Origin: an uncultured Gammaproteobacteria bacterium
Lineage (GTDB): Bacteria; Patescibacteriota; Microgenomatia; UBA12405; JAHJSD01
DNA: 36,619 nucleotides
Reading direction: 5' to 3'
Assembly (NCBI GenBank): GCA_964505765.1
Contig: CAZDJQ010000002.1
Location: 1 to 36,619 of the forward strand
The position numbers and the translations under genes were made by a program. Numbering within the stretch: the first letter of the stretch is position 1; each line of letters starts with the position of its first letter. Under the pieces are notes generated by a model, which worked only from the letters and a program-made list of their open reading frames with translations, was not told the origin of the DNA and did not search any database. Shown in pieces: positions 18,949-27,203 of the stretch.

Positions 18949-19628
18949 TACTTTATAAGGTGGAGATTGCCGTCTAGGACTTCTTCTAGTTGACGGGTCT
19001 TTTTATTCGTCCGATGATCAGTCACTCGATTTTGCTGAAAGTTATATGTCCTGATTTTATCCGACCGCCGCCCTCTTCCTGCTTTTTTCCTTATATTCCC
19101 CATATAGCCCTTCTTCTTAGCTTGTTTCCGCTCCCACATTTTACTAGCAAGCAGCTGCAAAGCAATCAGCCTGTTTTTCTGCTGACTTCTTTCTCTCTGA
19201 CACTCGACCGTTATTCCGGTTGATTTATGTTTAAGCCGGACTGCAGTCGATACTTTATTTACATTTTGACCGCCGGCACCGCCCGAGCGAAAAAACTCCC
19301 ACTCCAAATCCTCTTCTTTTATTTCTCCTTGGTTGACAATAACCTTAGGCATAACTACAACTACGGCAGTTGAAGTGTGAGTCCGACCGTGTTTTTCAGT
19401 TGCCGGCACCCGTTGAACTCGATGGGTTCCTGTTTCATTTCTCAACTCCAAAAAAGCATTTTTACCAACTACTTTAAGTTGTGATTCATCAATTTTACCT
19501 ACTTTCCAAGAGTTATTTTGGGCATAACGAAAATACATCCGGAATAGATCTTTAGCCCAAATTTTGGCCTCAGTTCCACCGGCACCAGGCTGAATCTCAA
19601 TAATAGCGATATTGGGGTTGATTTTCAT
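18948..19628 (-). CDS. prfA: peptide chain release factor 1, short form lacking the N-terminal domain 1
   Basis: 226 aa with RVPATE...GRTHTS (PxT-type codon recognition, hence RF1 rather than RF2), GGQ ([11 protein letters not shown]) and [17 protein letters not shown]. It starts 2 nt after the rpmE stop. Confidence 0.88.
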   Translation of the reverse strand: MKINPNIAIIEIQPGAGGTEAKIWAKDLFRMYFRYAQNNSWKVGKIDESQLKVVGKNAFLELRNETGTHRVQRVPATEKHGRTHTSTAVVVVMPKVIVNQGEIKEEDLEWEFFRSGGAGGQNVNKVSTAVRLKHKSTGITVECQRERSQQKNRLIALQLLASKMWERKQAKKKGYMGNIRKKAGRGRRSDKIRTYNFQQNRVTDHRTNKKTRQLEEVLDGNLHLIK

Positions 19629-19630
19629 AA

Positions 19631-19888
19631 CTATTTTCCCTTAGAAGTTTTCTTTTTAGCTTTTTTATCCTGTCTCTTCTTGCTTTTAGCGATTTTTCTT
19701 TTCCGCTCAAACTTTTCAATTCTACCTTCGGTATCAATATATTTAGTCTGGCCGGTATAAAAAGGGTGGCAAGAGGCGCAAATCTCCACTTCCAATTTTT
19801 TCTTGGTTGAACCGGTAGTAAAACTGTTACCGCAAGAGCAAACTACTTTTGCTTCTTGGTAATACTTTGGATGTATTCCTTGTTTCAT
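19631..19888 (-). CDS. rpmE: ribosomal protein L31
   Basis: 85 aa with [14 protein letters not shown]...[10 protein letters not shown] and a Lys-rich C-terminal extension. Confidence 0.92.
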   Translation of the reverse strand: MKQGIHPKYYQEAKVVCSCGNSFTTGSTKKKLEVEICASCHPFYTGQTKYIDTEGRIEKFERKRKIAKSKKRQDKKAKKKTSKGK

Positions 19889-19896
19889 AGCTGTTT

Positions 19897-19905
19897 ATTA
19901 TAACA
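19897..19905 (-). promoter_or_regulatory. extended -10 element TGTTATAAT upstream of rpmE
   Basis: The reverse complement of 19897-19905 is TGTTATAAT, which lies 8 nt upstream of the rpmE ATG. Confidence 0.45.
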
Positions 19906-19929
19906 CAATTTCAAAATGAAATACAAAGA

Positions 19930-20445
19930 TCAGAAATCTCTATACCCTAAAGATTCTACAGGCCCCATACTACTCTGATACTTTCCATCATACAAAGTTA
20001 TTTCACCTATTGTCTCCCAAAAACTAACTTGCCCGATTAACATCCCTGGATATATTTTAACAGGCTGTACTGCATGCAACATTAAAGTCCACCTGTTTAT
20101 TGAGCCAATATCAATCAATCCTGCTGTTATATGTATAAAAAGCCCTAGTCTTCCAGTTGAAGATCTCCCCCTGATGATTGGAACATACTTTTTACTACCC
20201 ATAATTTCTTTTGTACAACCCAAATATAATGTATCAGGTTTTAATACAAAGCCTGATTTTGGGATTTTTATACTTTTAGTGGGGTTATGTTTTTTAGCAT
20301 CTAACATTTTATTCTTATAAACTTTAATTTCATTACCAAGTTGAAAATCATAAGAGTTTGTATCTAAGTTAGATTTATCAAAAGGATTAATAACTATATC
20401 CCCTTCACTAACTCTTTTCGCTATTTCGTTTCCTGTTAAAATCAT
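19930..20445 (-). CDS. dCTP deaminase/dUTPase-superfamily protein, paralog B (catalytic Glu position is Met)
   Basis: 171 aa with GRSSTGRLGL, LIDIG and a WTLML segment where Dcd has the (V/T)LE catalytic Glu. The C-terminal YDGKYQ lid motif is present. Confidence 0.8.
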   Translation of the reverse strand: MILTGNEIAKRVSEGDIVINPFDKSNLDTNSYDFQLGNEIKVYKNKMLDAKKHNPTKSIKIPKSGFVLKPDTLYLGCTKEIMGSKKYVPIIRGRSSTGRLGLFIHITAGLIDIGSINRWTLMLHAVQPVKIYPGMLIGQVSFWETIGEITLYDGKYQSSMGPVESLGYRDF

Positions 20446-20976
20446 TTAAGTATTAAACTCCTTATAAAAACTACTTGGATATGGTCGAGAAAATTGCTTA
20501 TAAAAACCATTATACAATTCTTTAGGATCCCCCTTATTTACCCAAAAACTAACTTGCCCAATTTTCATATGGGGATAAATTCTCAGAGGCTGGACTACTT
20601 TTAATTCTAAAGTCCAACAATGTAACGTCCCCACATGTCCTAAATCAGCTGTTATTTGTAAAAACAATCCCAACCTCCCAACCGAAGATCTCCCTAACAA
20701 AATAGTTGTATATTTATTACTACCGATTTGTTCAAAAGTTCTTGCCAAATAAAGATTTCCCGGCATTAATTTATAACCATCTTCGTCATCTATAATTACC
20801 TTCTCAAACTTGGCCCTTTTAGCAGAATCTAAAGACTGACCTTTCTTTAACTTTAATATTTCTGGAGCCAAACGATAGTTATAACTATTTGGATTAACTA
20901 ATTTTTTATTAAAAGGCTCTATTGTAATATTTCCCTTTTTGTTTTCCTGTTTTATTTGATTACCTGTTAAAATCAT
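20446..20976 (-). CDS. dCTP deaminase/dUTPase-superfamily protein, paralog A (Glu retained)
   Basis: 176 aa with GRSSVGRLGL and WTLEL (Glu present). The IDPG Asp position reads His (ADLGHVG) in my by-eye alignment. Confidence 0.8.
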   Translation of the reverse strand: MILTGNQIKQENKKGNITIEPFNKKLVNPNSYNYRLAPEILKLKKGQSLDSAKRAKFEKVIIDDEDGYKLMPGNLYLARTFEQIGSNKYTTILLGRSSVGRLGLFLQITADLGHVGTLHCWTLELKVVQPLRIYPHMKIGQVSFWVNKGDPKELYNGFYKQFSRPYPSSFYKEFNT

Positions 20977-20978
20977 TT

Positions 20979-21800
20979 TTAAAAAAGCTCTACAAATCTT
21001 TTACCATAAAAATCTTTTCGATAACGGTGAACAAGAACATTATAGTTTTGATAATCCCTTAGAATATTTGACATCTCTTTAATTTCGTATAAACGCTGAT
21101 ACAGAACTTCTCTAATTTCGTTGTCTTTAATTTCCATATTTGAGCAAACTCGATCAATTGTAGAGTTACAATAAAATTTTAATTCATTTTCTGTTTCCTT
21201 AAGTATTTTATTGCGATCCTCATATATCAACTCTAAGTTTGAATAAATTTTCATAACTTCTTTATACCCCTCTTGCGTTATCTCAAAATTAAAGATTTTT
21301 TTCGCCTGATTAATTAAATTATTTGGAATTTTATCAACAATATAAAATTCACAAGAAAGTATATAACCTGGAGATTCTAACCATTTTATACATCGGTCAA
21401 TCATTGCCTGAGGGTTTGAAAAAAAGCGCAAAGCCGCCCCAAATATTATATGTGTAAATTTATTTTTAGGTTCAAAAAGATAACCATCTTGTATTTTGTA
21501 TTCGATATTTAAGTTATTGAAATGCTCGGATTTAATTCTATTAGCTGCCTTTATAGAAGTACTTGAAACATCTATTCCCAATCCCTTACAACTTGTTAAA
21601 AACGCTAATTCTCTCAAACTAAACCCTGTCGTACATCCAACTTCTAGAATAATAGATTTTTTATCTACATTCCCGAACTTTGCCCATTTATTAACAGTAG
21701 AAAAAGCACCAGGAGGAACATTCCATTGATTTATAAAGCCAACAAAATCTGTATATGAAAGGCTTTCAATAAATTCAGGTGTCAAGTCCTTTTTATTCAT
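20979..21800 (-). CDS. class I SAM-dependent methyltransferase
   Basis: 273 aa with motif I ILEVGCTTG and post-I GIDVS, plus a helical C-terminal extension. Confidence 0.8.
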   Translation of the reverse strand: MNKKDLTPEFIESLSYTDFVGFINQWNVPPGAFSTVNKWAKFGNVDKKSIILEVGCTTGFSLRELAFLTSCKGLGIDVSSTSIKAANRIKSEHFNNLNIEYKIQDGYLFEPKNKFTHIIFGAALRFFSNPQAMIDRCIKWLESPGYILSCEFYIVDKIPNNLINQAKKIFNFEITQEGYKEVMKIYSNLELIYEDRNKILKETENELKFYCNSTIDRVCSNMEIKDNEIREVLYQRLYEIKEMSNILRDYQNYNVLVHRYRKDFYGKRFVELF

Positions 21801-23117
21801 TTAATTTTCTTCAAATAAATCTTTTAAGGAATCTTTATCACTGGAACTCAAATTCGGATGACCAAAATTTATAAAAGAGTTAATGACCCCCATGAAAATA
21901 TCAGGGTTACCAAAACCCTTTCTTTTAGCACTCTTTCTAATTATCTTTCTCTTTTTTTCCTCAGAATACACAGGATTCTTTAAAATTTGGGTAAAAGAAA
22001 GCATAAAGCTCTCCATTCTTCTATTTGCACTTTTCCCCTTCCTTTTTAATTTATCAAGACTAGCTTCTCTCTTAGGAGACACTGTTTCTCTTTCTAATTG
22101 ATCAGCTATCAAATCTCCTGTTTCTTCAACCAATCTACGGAGCGTATCTCCATCAACATTTAGTAACGAAGATAAAATAGTAACACCATTAGCATATTTT
22201 TCTAAGGATCTTTCCAAGCTCCTATATCCACAATTAAAATAAACACCTGTTTCTAACATGGCAGAAATAGCATTAATAGCATCAACAAACCTGAGTTGCG
22301 CTGGATTTAAAATATCTGAACTAAATTCTTCCACTTTGGAAACCTTCATATAAGCAGGAGAAACATAAATTGGATGTTCTAATCCCAAGATCCTTGATGT
22401 CAAAGTTTCCAACCCAAATCCCCACTCTACTGCTAATTCTTCATTTCCTTTTAAAATTAAAACCACATTTCCTATCTCTTGGAATCCATCTTCAGTAAGA
22501 ACATCAATCGTTACCCCTTCACCAAAAACATTATCTATGCCATATTCCCAGTTATAATAATCGATTAAGTCATCTGCTCTTCTAACTCCATTGGGAACTT
22601 GAAGTTCTTTTATTCTAGTTCGAAATTCTGAAGAAAAATGAACCTGTAATTCACCTGGTAGTAGCTTCAAGCTATCAGTTAAAAATATACTTGCTTCATC
22701 TAGAACTTCCTGTAATCGGCCCGGAGGAGTTAAAACCCCTCCCATCGTGAAATAACTTCCAAATTTAGGATGCATCAAAGTCTTATAAATATCAGAAGCA
22801 TTGTGAGTTCTCAAACAAGGCTGAACTGTTGCTATTCCTCTCTCTGGCAACTCCTTAGCTTTTAAATATTCCTTCCAGCCATTTATTGTAGCTCCAGTAA
22901 AACACACTGTTTCATCAATTTCCCCAGGAATTAAAGGAATTGAGTCTACAATTTCATATCCATTTAAATCATAGAAATTCGCAAATTTGGACTCCACTAA
23001 ATTTCTAATTTGTAGATCTTCATCTCCCACAATTTCTCTTGACTTGATTTCATCTCTTATATAAGGTAATTCACTTTGAGCTGTTTGTCCCCTGGTTACT
23101 TGTTTTCTTTCTATCAT
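21801..23117 (-). CDS. alanyl-tRNA-synthetase-like class IIc catalytic-core paralog (no editing or C-Ala domains)
   Basis: 438 aa. CFTGATINGWKEYL, QPCLRTHN, FTMGG, EIGNVVLI and WGFGLETL are collinear with the AlaRS motifs LFTNAGMNQFK, QRCVRAGGKHN, FEMLGNFSFG, EIWNIVFMQ and TGMGLERI. The C-terminal tail is basic. Confidence 0.7.
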   Translation of the reverse strand: MIERKQVTRGQTAQSELPYIRDEIKSREIVGDEDLQIRNLVESKFANFYDLNGYEIVDSIPLIPGEIDETVCFTGATINGWKEYLKAKELPERGIATVQPCLRTHNASDIYKTLMHPKFGSYFTMGGVLTPPGRLQEVLDEASIFLTDSLKLLPGELQVHFSSEFRTRIKELQVPNGVRRADDLIDYYNWEYGIDNVFGEGVTIDVLTEDGFQEIGNVVLILKGNEELAVEWGFGLETLTSRILGLEHPIYVSPAYMKVSKVEEFSSDILNPAQLRFVDAINAISAMLETGVYFNCGYRSLERSLEKYANGVTILSSLLNVDGDTLRRLVEETGDLIADQLERETVSPKREASLDKLKRKGKSANRRMESFMLSFTQILKNPVYSEEKKRKIIRKSAKRKGFGNPDIFMGVINSFINFGHPNLSSSDKDSLKDLFEEN

Positions 23118-24106
23118 TTTTCTACAAAGTTTAAACTTATTTCATCTGGCTTTTGAGCCGTTAAAGAACAAAACCCCCCGTTAGGAATAGTAAAAAGAGG
23201 ATCTGTGTGGCCAAAATTCAAATCATAAACAATTGGAATATCAACTGTTCGAGTAATTCTTTCAAGGATATTATCTAAAATCTCATAATTAACATTTGAT
23301 TCACTAGCAAATTTACCAATAAGTAAGGCATTAACTTTATTAAAAACACCCATTTGACCTAACTGTGTTAAAAACCTATCAATCCATTTAAGTTTAAAAT
23401 CTTCAGCTTCCTCAATAAATAAAATCTTATTATCTAATTCTGGGAAAAATTTAGTATTGGCTAAACTTAAAAATGTACAGAGGTTGGAAGCAACTATCCT
23501 CCCTTCTTCTTTCCCTGCATTATATACCCTTGAGCCGCGATTGTGCTGAATAATTCGATGATCGTCATCCTCTCGTAAAAAATATAGATCATCTGCGAAA
23601 ATATCAGAATCTGAAATTTCAATCTCTTTTGAATTATCAATACAAACTTTTTTAAAATATTCCCAAGTATATTTAAAAGGATCAGGTTTTGAAAAACTAA
23701 TCACACTTGGTCCCATATAGGTTACTAAACCAGTTTTATTAGTAATGGACTGCAATAAAGAACATACATCAGAAAAACCAATAAAAATTTTAGGATTGTT
23801 TTTTATCAAATTGTAGTCTAAACAATCGAGAATTTGATTTGTATTTAATCCTCCCCAAAAACTCATAATACAACTAATCTCTTCATCTTCTACAAATTCA
23901 TGTACTGCTTTAACTCTATCCTTAATTGTCCCCGCGGTATAATTATGAGTTTTTCTGCATTGTGGATGTTCTATTACCTCATATCCTTTTCTCTCTAGAT
24001 AACGATAACCTTTTCTTATTTGACTATCTTCCAAAATAGAGATTGGCGTTGACGGTGCAATCACACCTATCTTGTCACCCTTTTTCAATTTAGGAGGATA
24101 AAACAT
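23114..24106 (-). CDS. S66-family peptidase (LD-carboxypeptidase / MccF-like)
   Basis: GDKIGVIAPS, IGFSDV (nucleophile Ser), LFIEEAED and NFGHTDP (His). I moved the start to Met26 of the track ORF (ATG at 24106) because the longer ORF overlaps the htrA 3' end. Confidence 0.82.
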   Translation of the reverse strand: MFYPPKLKKGDKIGVIAPSTPISILEDSQIRKGYRYLERKGYEVIEHPQCRKTHNYTAGTIKDRVKAVHEFVEDEEISCIMSFWGGLNTNQILDCLDYNLIKNNPKIFIGFSDVCSLLQSITNKTGLVTYMGPSVISFSKPDPFKYTWEYFKKVCIDNSKEIEISDSDIFADDLYFLREDDDHRIIQHNRGSRVYNAGKEEGRIVASNLCTFLSLANTKFFPELDNKILFIEEAEDFKLKWIDRFLTQLGQMGVFNKVNALLIGKFASESNVNYEILDNILERITRTVDIPIVYDLNFGHTDPLFTIPNGGFCSLTAQKPDEISLNFVEK

Positions 24107-24115
24107 AGTGGAGCT

Positions 24116-24124
24116 ATTATAACA
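24116..24124 (-). promoter_or_regulatory. extended -10 element TGTTATAAT upstream of the five-gene operon
   Basis: The reverse complement of 24116-24124 is TGTTATAAT. It lies 9 nt upstream of the ATG at 24106 and 2 nt downstream of the htrA stop. Confidence 0.45.
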
Positions 24125-24126
24125 TA

Positions 24127-25257
24127 CTAATCTCTTTGGCCGAGTCTGACCGTCTCTTTTATGGTTTCGCCGTCTCGCCAATACTCAATCTCAATTGAGT
24201 CGCCAACTTTCTTTTGGTTGATAATTTCAGCAATACTCTTTCCGTCAACCACGATTCTTTCCCCGTCCAAATGGGTTAAAATATCCCCCTCTTGCAGTCC
24301 GGCCTGGTCAGCACTTGATCCCGAAACTACTCCCCGGATATAAGCTCCTTGCGGCAGTTCATTTAAAATCGCCGCATTTTCAGAAATCATCTGATACTCA
24401 ATCCCTAGAAATGCCCGTTCAAATTCGCCGGTCTCATAAAAAACCTCTAAACTTTGTTTAACCAGATTAATCGGTAAAGCAAAGCCGATATTCTCGGCTC
24501 CGCCGGCGACGGCAACGTTAACCCCCACCACCTGGCCGGCAGAATTAAGCAGCGGACCGCCGGAATTTCCGGGATTAATTGCGGCATCGGTTTGGATTAC
24601 GTTATCTAATTCTTCAATATAGCCCTGCAGTGGTGAAGCCGCCCTGACTCCCCGGCCCAGGCCGGAAATAACGCCGGTAGTGATCGTATGACGATATTGA
24701 CCCAGGGCAGTCCCAATCGCAATCGCTAACTGCCCTACCTGCAGTTGGTCAGAATCTCCCAATTCCAACGGTTCAAGATTAGTCTCCACCTTTAAAATTG
24801 CCAAATCATTAACCGGATCACGATAGATATCTTCAACTTCATAGACCTCTTCTTGTTCCGTTAAAATCCGATAGTCGGCGGCATTATCAGAAACTACGTG
24901 TTTATTGGTAACAATTAATCCCTGATCCACTACAAACCCACTGCCGATATTTTGTTCTATTGTTCTTTCTTCTGTTTTTATCCCAAAAAAACCAAACAAA
25001 GGAACTTGTTCGGTTTTGGAAACTGAAACGGTAACTACGGAAGGAGAAGTTTTTTCAGCAACTTCGATAATTACCGATTCTTCTCTCAATACTTTCTTTT
25101 CAATATAGCTTGTCCCCCCGGACTCAGACTGCCGGATCACTCGGTCTAAAAACGGCAGATAACCTAATCGGGCCAAAATTCCGCCGGCAATTAAGCCAAC
25201 CACTAAAGCCAATCCCACTCCTAAACCGGCTAAAAAATATTTTGTTTTCCGCATCAT
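24127..25257 (-). CDS. htrA: HtrA/DegP-family serine protease with one PDZ domain
   Basis: 376 aa with an N-terminal TM segment, the catalytic triad motifs TNKHV, DLAILK and GNSGGPL, and a C-terminal PDZ domain. Confidence 0.93.
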   Translation of the reverse strand: MMRKTKYFLAGLGVGLALVVGLIAGGILARLGYLPFLDRVIRQSESGGTSYIEKKVLREESVIIEVAEKTSPSVVTVSVSKTEQVPLFGFFGIKTEERTIEQNIGSGFVVDQGLIVTNKHVVSDNAADYRILTEQEEVYEVEDIYRDPVNDLAILKVETNLEPLELGDSDQLQVGQLAIAIGTALGQYRHTITTGVISGLGRGVRAASPLQGYIEELDNVIQTDAAINPGNSGGPLLNSAGQVVGVNVAVAGGAENIGFALPINLVKQSLEVFYETGEFERAFLGIEYQMISENAAILNELPQGAYIRGVVSGSSADQAGLQEGDILTHLDGERIVVDGKSIAEIINQKKVGDSIEIEYWRDGETIKETVRLGQRD

Positions 25258-26459
25258 AATAACTGGTTAATCCCTTGTTCTAAAATAATATCTTCTTCAT
25301 CTTCCGCCATTTCTAGTTCTTCCTGACTGATCTCAATATCTGGAGCAACCCCTTCTTCATCAATACAATCACCGTTAGGCAACAGCCACTTGGCAATGGT
25401 AATGTGTAAGCCGGCATTATCTCTCAACTGCTGAGGTTCTTGAACCGTTCCCTTGCCAAAACTTTGGCGGCCGACAATAACGGCTTGAGCATTAACCCTC
25501 AACGCCCCAGCCAGAATTTCTGCGGCTGAAGCAGAACCGCGGTTAATCAAAACAACTAAGGGCACATCCCGAAGGCGGCCTTGACGGTCTACTTTAAATT
25601 CAGTTATTTGATTCCTATAATCTTCTTGTTTAACTACCACCTCTCCTATTGATAAAAATTCTCCGCCGACATAAACCGCCCCCTGTAAATATCCGCCGGG
25701 ATTATTTCTCAAATCTAAAATTACTCCGCCAAAATCGCTGTCTTGATTGTCCAGAACAGAGTCAACCCACTTATCCCAATTTTCCGGGGTATTTTGACTA
25801 AAATGCAATAAGTGGATATAAGCAAATTGTTTTCCGTCCCTCTCAAGCCATTCTTGTTCCAATGTCGGGATTACTATCTCTCCCCGGGTTATCGTCACCT
25901 CAAATGTTTCCGTCTCTCCTTCCCGGGCTAAAACCAAAGTAACATCGGTCCCGACCGGGCCGCGAATATATTTGACCGCTTGGTCAAGGGCAATATCAGC
26001 TGTCTCTTCATCAAGTCCTTTTTCTTCATCAATTATTTTTAAAATTAAATCTCCAGCCTGAACCCCAGCTTGTTCTGCCGGAGTATCTTTTAACGGCGAC
26101 ATCACCGCCAACTGGCCTTCTTCATAACCGAGCTGAATTCCAACACCGCCAAAAGAGCCAGTTAAATTTTGTTGGCTGATTTTATTATCTTCAGCCGGCA
26201 AATACATGGTATAAGGATCTCCAAGTGAACGGACCATTCCGGAAATCGCCCCATTAACCATATCCTTTGCCTGCAGATCCGACTGATCTATATATTTGTT
26301 TTCTAACCGCGCCCAAACATCCCAAAACAAACTCATATCTGCTTTTGAGTCCGGAGCTCGATACTGCCGCCGGCCAAAATAAAAACCGCCATATCCGGCT
26401 AAAAGCATTAAGCAAAGAATAATTACAATTTGTCGGATTTTTTTTATTTTAATCTTCAT
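25254..26459 (-). CDS. ctp: carboxy-terminal processing peptidase, family S41
   Basis: 401 aa with a PDZ domain (GVQAGDLILKI), GSASAAEILAGAL (Ser) and FGKGTVQ (Lys). Confidence 0.92.
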   Translation of the reverse strand: MKIKIKKIRQIVIILCLMLLAGYGGFYFGRRQYRAPDSKADMSLFWDVWARLENKYIDQSDLQAKDMVNGAISGMVRSLGDPYTMYLPAEDNKISQQNLTGSFGGVGIQLGYEEGQLAVMSPLKDTPAEQAGVQAGDLILKIIDEEKGLDEETADIALDQAVKYIRGPVGTDVTLVLAREGETETFEVTITRGEIVIPTLEQEWLERDGKQFAYIHLLHFSQNTPENWDKWVDSVLDNQDSDFGGVILDLRNNPGGYLQGAVYVGGEFLSIGEVVVKQEDYRNQITEFKVDRQGRLRDVPLVVLINRGSASAAEILAGALRVNAQAVIVGRQSFGKGTVQEPQQLRDNAGLHITIAKWLLPNGDCIDEEGVAPDIEISQEELEMAEDEEDIILEQGINQLL

Positions 26460-26958
26460 CGTTTGGAATTAACAAACAATCTTTGCCGGCATGCAGCAAA
26501 CAATTCTTGTCCTGATAGGCGGTCAGCTGATCTTTATCTTCCAAATTAATAACTAAAATCGGGATTTCCAAATCTTCAACTTCTTCTTGATATTCACAAG
26601 TCACAAACCCGGCAACCCCAACTACTGCCCCCTTCTTCAAAACAAGATTACTCAATTCAGGAATAAAAATCAACTTTTTCGCCAAACTGCCATTTATATC
26701 AGTAAAAATCAAATCGTCATAAATTACCAATTTTCCCCAGACATTTTTCTTGCCGAATCCCTTTCCCGGCACTTTAAAAGTCCCAAATTTTAGTTTTATT
26801 TTGTTATCTTTAATCTCTGCTGCTTTAGCCGCAGTGGGAGAACGAAATTTTTCCTTTTCAGTTTCAGCCAAAACCTGCCCCTGGTCAACCTGATCGCCGG
26901 AATCAACCTTTATCTCAGCTTTTTTAGGTAAATGAAGAATCCATACTGCACGACTCAT
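26449..26958 (-). CDS. hypothetical protein (N-terminal lipoyl/barrel-sandwich-like segment)
   Basis: 169-aa ORF in an operon position upstream of ctp. IKVDSGDQVDQGQVLAE gives only a weak hybrid-barrel resemblance. Confidence 0.55.
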   Translation of the reverse strand: MSRAVWILHLPKKAEIKVDSGDQVDQGQVLAETEKEKFRSPTAAKAAEIKDNKIKLKFGTFKVPGKGFGKKNVWGKLVIYDDLIFTDINGSLAKKLIFIPELSNLVLKKGAVVGVAGFVTCEYQEEVEDLEIPILVINLEDKDQLTAYQDKNCLLHAGKDCLLIPNDED

Positions 26959-26962
26959 TAGT

Positions 26963-27196
26963 TTATTTTACCTTGGTAACAAAAGGAAGCAAGCCCAAGT
27001 GCCGAGCGTGTTTAATCGCTTCTGACAATTGACGTTGATGCCGGGCACAAACCCCAGTCTTGGAACGAGATAAAATTCGAGAACGACCGGATAAATAATT
27101 TTTCAACCGATCGTAATCCCGCCAATAAGGGTTCTCCCCTGATTTGCAAAAATAACAATCTCTTCTGGTTTCTGTTTGTTTTCTTTTTCTTGGCAT
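26963..27196 (-). CDS. rpsR: ribosomal protein S18
   Basis: 77 aa with CYFCKSG and the QRQLSEAIKHARHLGLLPF motif. Confidence 0.93.
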   Translation of the reverse strand: MPRKRKQTETRRDCYFCKSGENPYWRDYDRLKNYLSGRSRILSRSKTGVCARHQRQLSEAIKHARHLGLLPFVTKVK

Positions 27197-27203
27197 AATT
27201 TAA

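Noticed and set aside
24107-24181. N-terminal 25-aa extension of the S66 peptidase ORF (MARRRNHKRDGQTRPKRLVCYNSST).
   Set aside because: It overlaps the 3' end of htrA and is Arg-rich junk. Met26 (ATG at 24106) is preceded by a TGTTATAAT box and starts the conserved domain, so the shorter start was adopted.
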